A DNA stretch of 63,940 bases, filler included, from Diploschistes diacapsis (Eukaryota): NCBI GenBank assembly GCA_023645945.1. It is 12 parts of 12 records of this genome, joined end to end, with 100 filler letters (N's around TTAATTAATTAA, not from the genome) between each part and the next. Parts side by side here need not be neighbours in the genome. Positions count along the whole stretch, not along the records: positions 61,817 to 62,828 come from JALAIB010004320.1; positions 62,929 to 63,940 come from JALAIB010004321.1; 10 more parts are not named here. One strand, given 5' to 3'. Both the position numbers and the translations under genes were made by a program. The notes beneath the pieces were generated by a model. The model was not told the origin of the DNA, ran no database searches, and worked only from the letters and a program-made list of their open reading frames with translations. Shown here piece after piece: positions 61,717-63,940 of this stretch (the first letter of the stretch is position 1; each line of letters opens with the position of its first letter).

Positions 61717-62928
61717 NNNNNNNNNNNNNNNNNNNNNNNNNNNNNNNNNNNNNNNNNNNNTTAATTAATTAANNNNNNNNNNNNNNNNNNNNNNNNNNNN
61801 NNNNNNNNNNNNNNNNATTTAAAATTATCTTTAATAAAAAAGTTTTAAAATAATAAAGATAACGAATATAAATTAATCCCGAATAATAATTTAAGATATT
61901 TATAAAAATAAACATATCTTCTTTTACGAAGGTAGAGTCGTGCTTATATATAATTAACTCGTTCGCCGTTTATCGTAAATTCAGCGAATAATACCTTCAA
62001 GGCTCGCCGTTTATAAGAATAAACGCGAATATTGAACGGTAACGAAAGCTCGCTCGCCGTTCACAAGGATAAACGCGAGCAATAAGCGCATCACGTGACC
62101 CCTGGTCCCGTGACTGATCTATATATAAAGCTGGGACGTGCCAAGTCTGGTACTTGGATCGTAACACAGTGTCCGTGTTTTGAAAATTTTTGCTGCAGTG
62201 TCCGTGTCAGTGACCGTGGCACGAAAAGGCCAGCCTACGTAAATGCTAAATTTTAACGTCGTTTAGTTAATTTAACTCTCTTAGAGCAGCGTAATCGGTA
62301 CCCGCGTTTTATTATTAAATAATTTAACTTCTATTTTAGATCTAATTACTTTAAAATGTTATAATTTAAATCTAAGATTTTAAAATCTCTTTATTTAACC
62401 TATAATAAGTAACGTAATTAGATCTCGTAATCGTAACGGTAATACCTGCCCGGAAATACTTTCCATATATATACGCGACGGATTAATAAATTAACCCGAA
62501 CTTATAACCTTTTATATAACGTATGTATTGAAGTCTAAAAATCTATCTTAGAAGAATAACCTACATACAAGCCTTTATACCTATAGGATTCTCTAAGCCC
62601 TATAGGCTTGAGCTACTCCCAATCCGGATTAGCTGAACCCAAGTGGGTTCAGCCGAACCTCCCAGCCATGCATTCTGCCTGCCTGCTCAACAAAAAAGAT
62701 GAAAAAATAAGATATAAGAATATTATTAATTTAATAAATATTTAATTCATAAATAATTAATATCGGTATTAGAATTTATTTATATTATAATTAATTATTA
62801 ATAAATCTTAGAATATATATATATAAACNNNNNNNNNNNNNNNNNNNNNNNNNNNNNNNNNNNNNNNNNNNNTTAATTAATTAANNNNNNNNNNNNNNNN
62901 NNNNNNNNNNNNNNNNNNNNNNNNNNNN

Positions 62929-63126
62929 ATCTACACAGCCACCCCCTGACCCTGCCGTGTCTTGGCAAGCACCTGGGCATTGACCCTGCCGTGGCTTGGC
63001 AAGCACCTGGGCATTGACCCTGCCGTGGCTTGGCAAGCACCTGGGCATTGACCCTGCCGTGGCTTGGCAAGCACCTGGGCATTGACCCTGCCGTGGCTTG
63101 GCAAGCCCCTGGGCTGGGCTGTCTCA
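62929..63126 (-). mobile_element. LTR family B 5' part with about five 34-bp tandem repeats
   Basis: Unit TGACCCTGCCGTGGCTTGGCAAGCACCTGGGCAT repeated from 62947 to about 63113. Ends in CTGTCTCA, the reverse complement of TGAGACAG. Confidence 0.85.
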
Positions 63127-63699
63127 TAGGGTGATAGTTATGGTGATGGTATTCATGCGCTAATCTCTAGAGAAAATAGGAAACTTCTTTTAAAAACTTT
63201 TTTTACGTGGCCTTGCCGTCTTGGCGCGATATCAGAATTAAGATCCTTCGCTTACCCGGAGGATTATTATAGATATTTATTATAATAAAATTTTTTTATA
63301 GTTTTGGATTTTTAGAGCCGTTATTCACGTTATCGAAAGATTCTCGTAGAAATCTCAATGTTCCTCCGTTAATTCCGCGTAAAGGGAACGGATACGGGTC
63401 CGTCGTTAAACGGGAAGTGTATCGTTATAATTCCGATTAATCGATGTACGGAACGGGTATCGATCCTTAATACGTAAAACGTAAATATATAAATTACGAG
63501 GGTTCGTAAGCCGTAATATATAATAGTTTAATAAATATTAAACATAACTTACAAAGGATCGAGATAATAACGATATAAATCAAATTAACCATCTAACCTA
63601 TCTTAATAAACAAAAAAAGAACCATAAAAGTAACTCTAAGGAACCAAAACAAGAAAAAAAGAAAAAATTATAAAACCAAATTAAAAGCATGCCAATAAT

Positions 63700-63932
63700 C
63701 GGACAAGCGGCGCTCAGGATCTTAGCTTGCTAGTACTTGAAAGGGGATTTTGCCCTTCTTACTCTCTCCTCTTCTTTAGTAATTAGTCCTAGCATGAATC
63801 TGCCCTGCGGACAGCCATCTTGCCACATTGTCGTATTCTACCCTTTACACTTACCTTCACTTCTTTTCAACCGAGATCAAACATACCTTAATCAATACCT
63901 CGTGTCTACCTTACAGAGAACGAGATCATAAC
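63700..63932 (+). mobile_element. Probable LTR 3' part related to family A
   Basis: Ends CTCGTGTCTACCTT..GAGATCATAACA, similar to the family A 3' terminus. Left boundary uncertain. Confidence 0.45.
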
Positions 63933-63940
63933 ATTTAAAT

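Noticed and set aside
62947..63113. 34-bp repeats as a CRISPR array
   Set aside because: Units are head-to-tail with no spacers, lie inside an LTR, and the context is eukaryotic with no cas genes.

Overview
Filamentous ascomycete (Pezizomycotina-type) genomic DNA with short GT-AG introns. The window is not one locus. It is 12 contigs joined by an artificial 100-nt linker (N44-TTAATTAATTAA-N44): three gene-rich contigs of about 17.9 kb (1-17928, 18029-35933, 43822-61716) and nine AT-rich contigs of 1012-1013 bp made of RIP-mutated transposon debris. Apparently intact genes: eIF3d, a Gfo/Idh/MocA dehydrogenase, an LRG1-type LIM-RhoGAP, a tandem-UBC E2, a kinesin-3 PH tail, a promethin-like protein, WDR70, NDUFB3, CAF1, SEC72, La, an STL1-like sugar transporter, HIS3, a type-B carboxylesterase and an AspE-type septin. 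Three things stand out. (1) A co-decaying five-gene island at 24.4-33.6 kb: monocarboxylate transporter, a probable accessory ALA synthase with the GGSRNI serine variant typical of cyclizing ALASs, a probable accessory ALA dehydratase, a Pth11-like membrane protein and a Uga4/Hnm1-family permease. (2) An orphan broken gene combining a GIY-YIG-like motif, a Zn ribbon and a Zn2Cys6 cluster at 51.3-54.0 kb. (3) A Copia-like LTR carrying a perfect 8-unit heat-shock element about 770 bp upstream of the septin start. All family assignments come from motif recognition by eye; no database searches were run.
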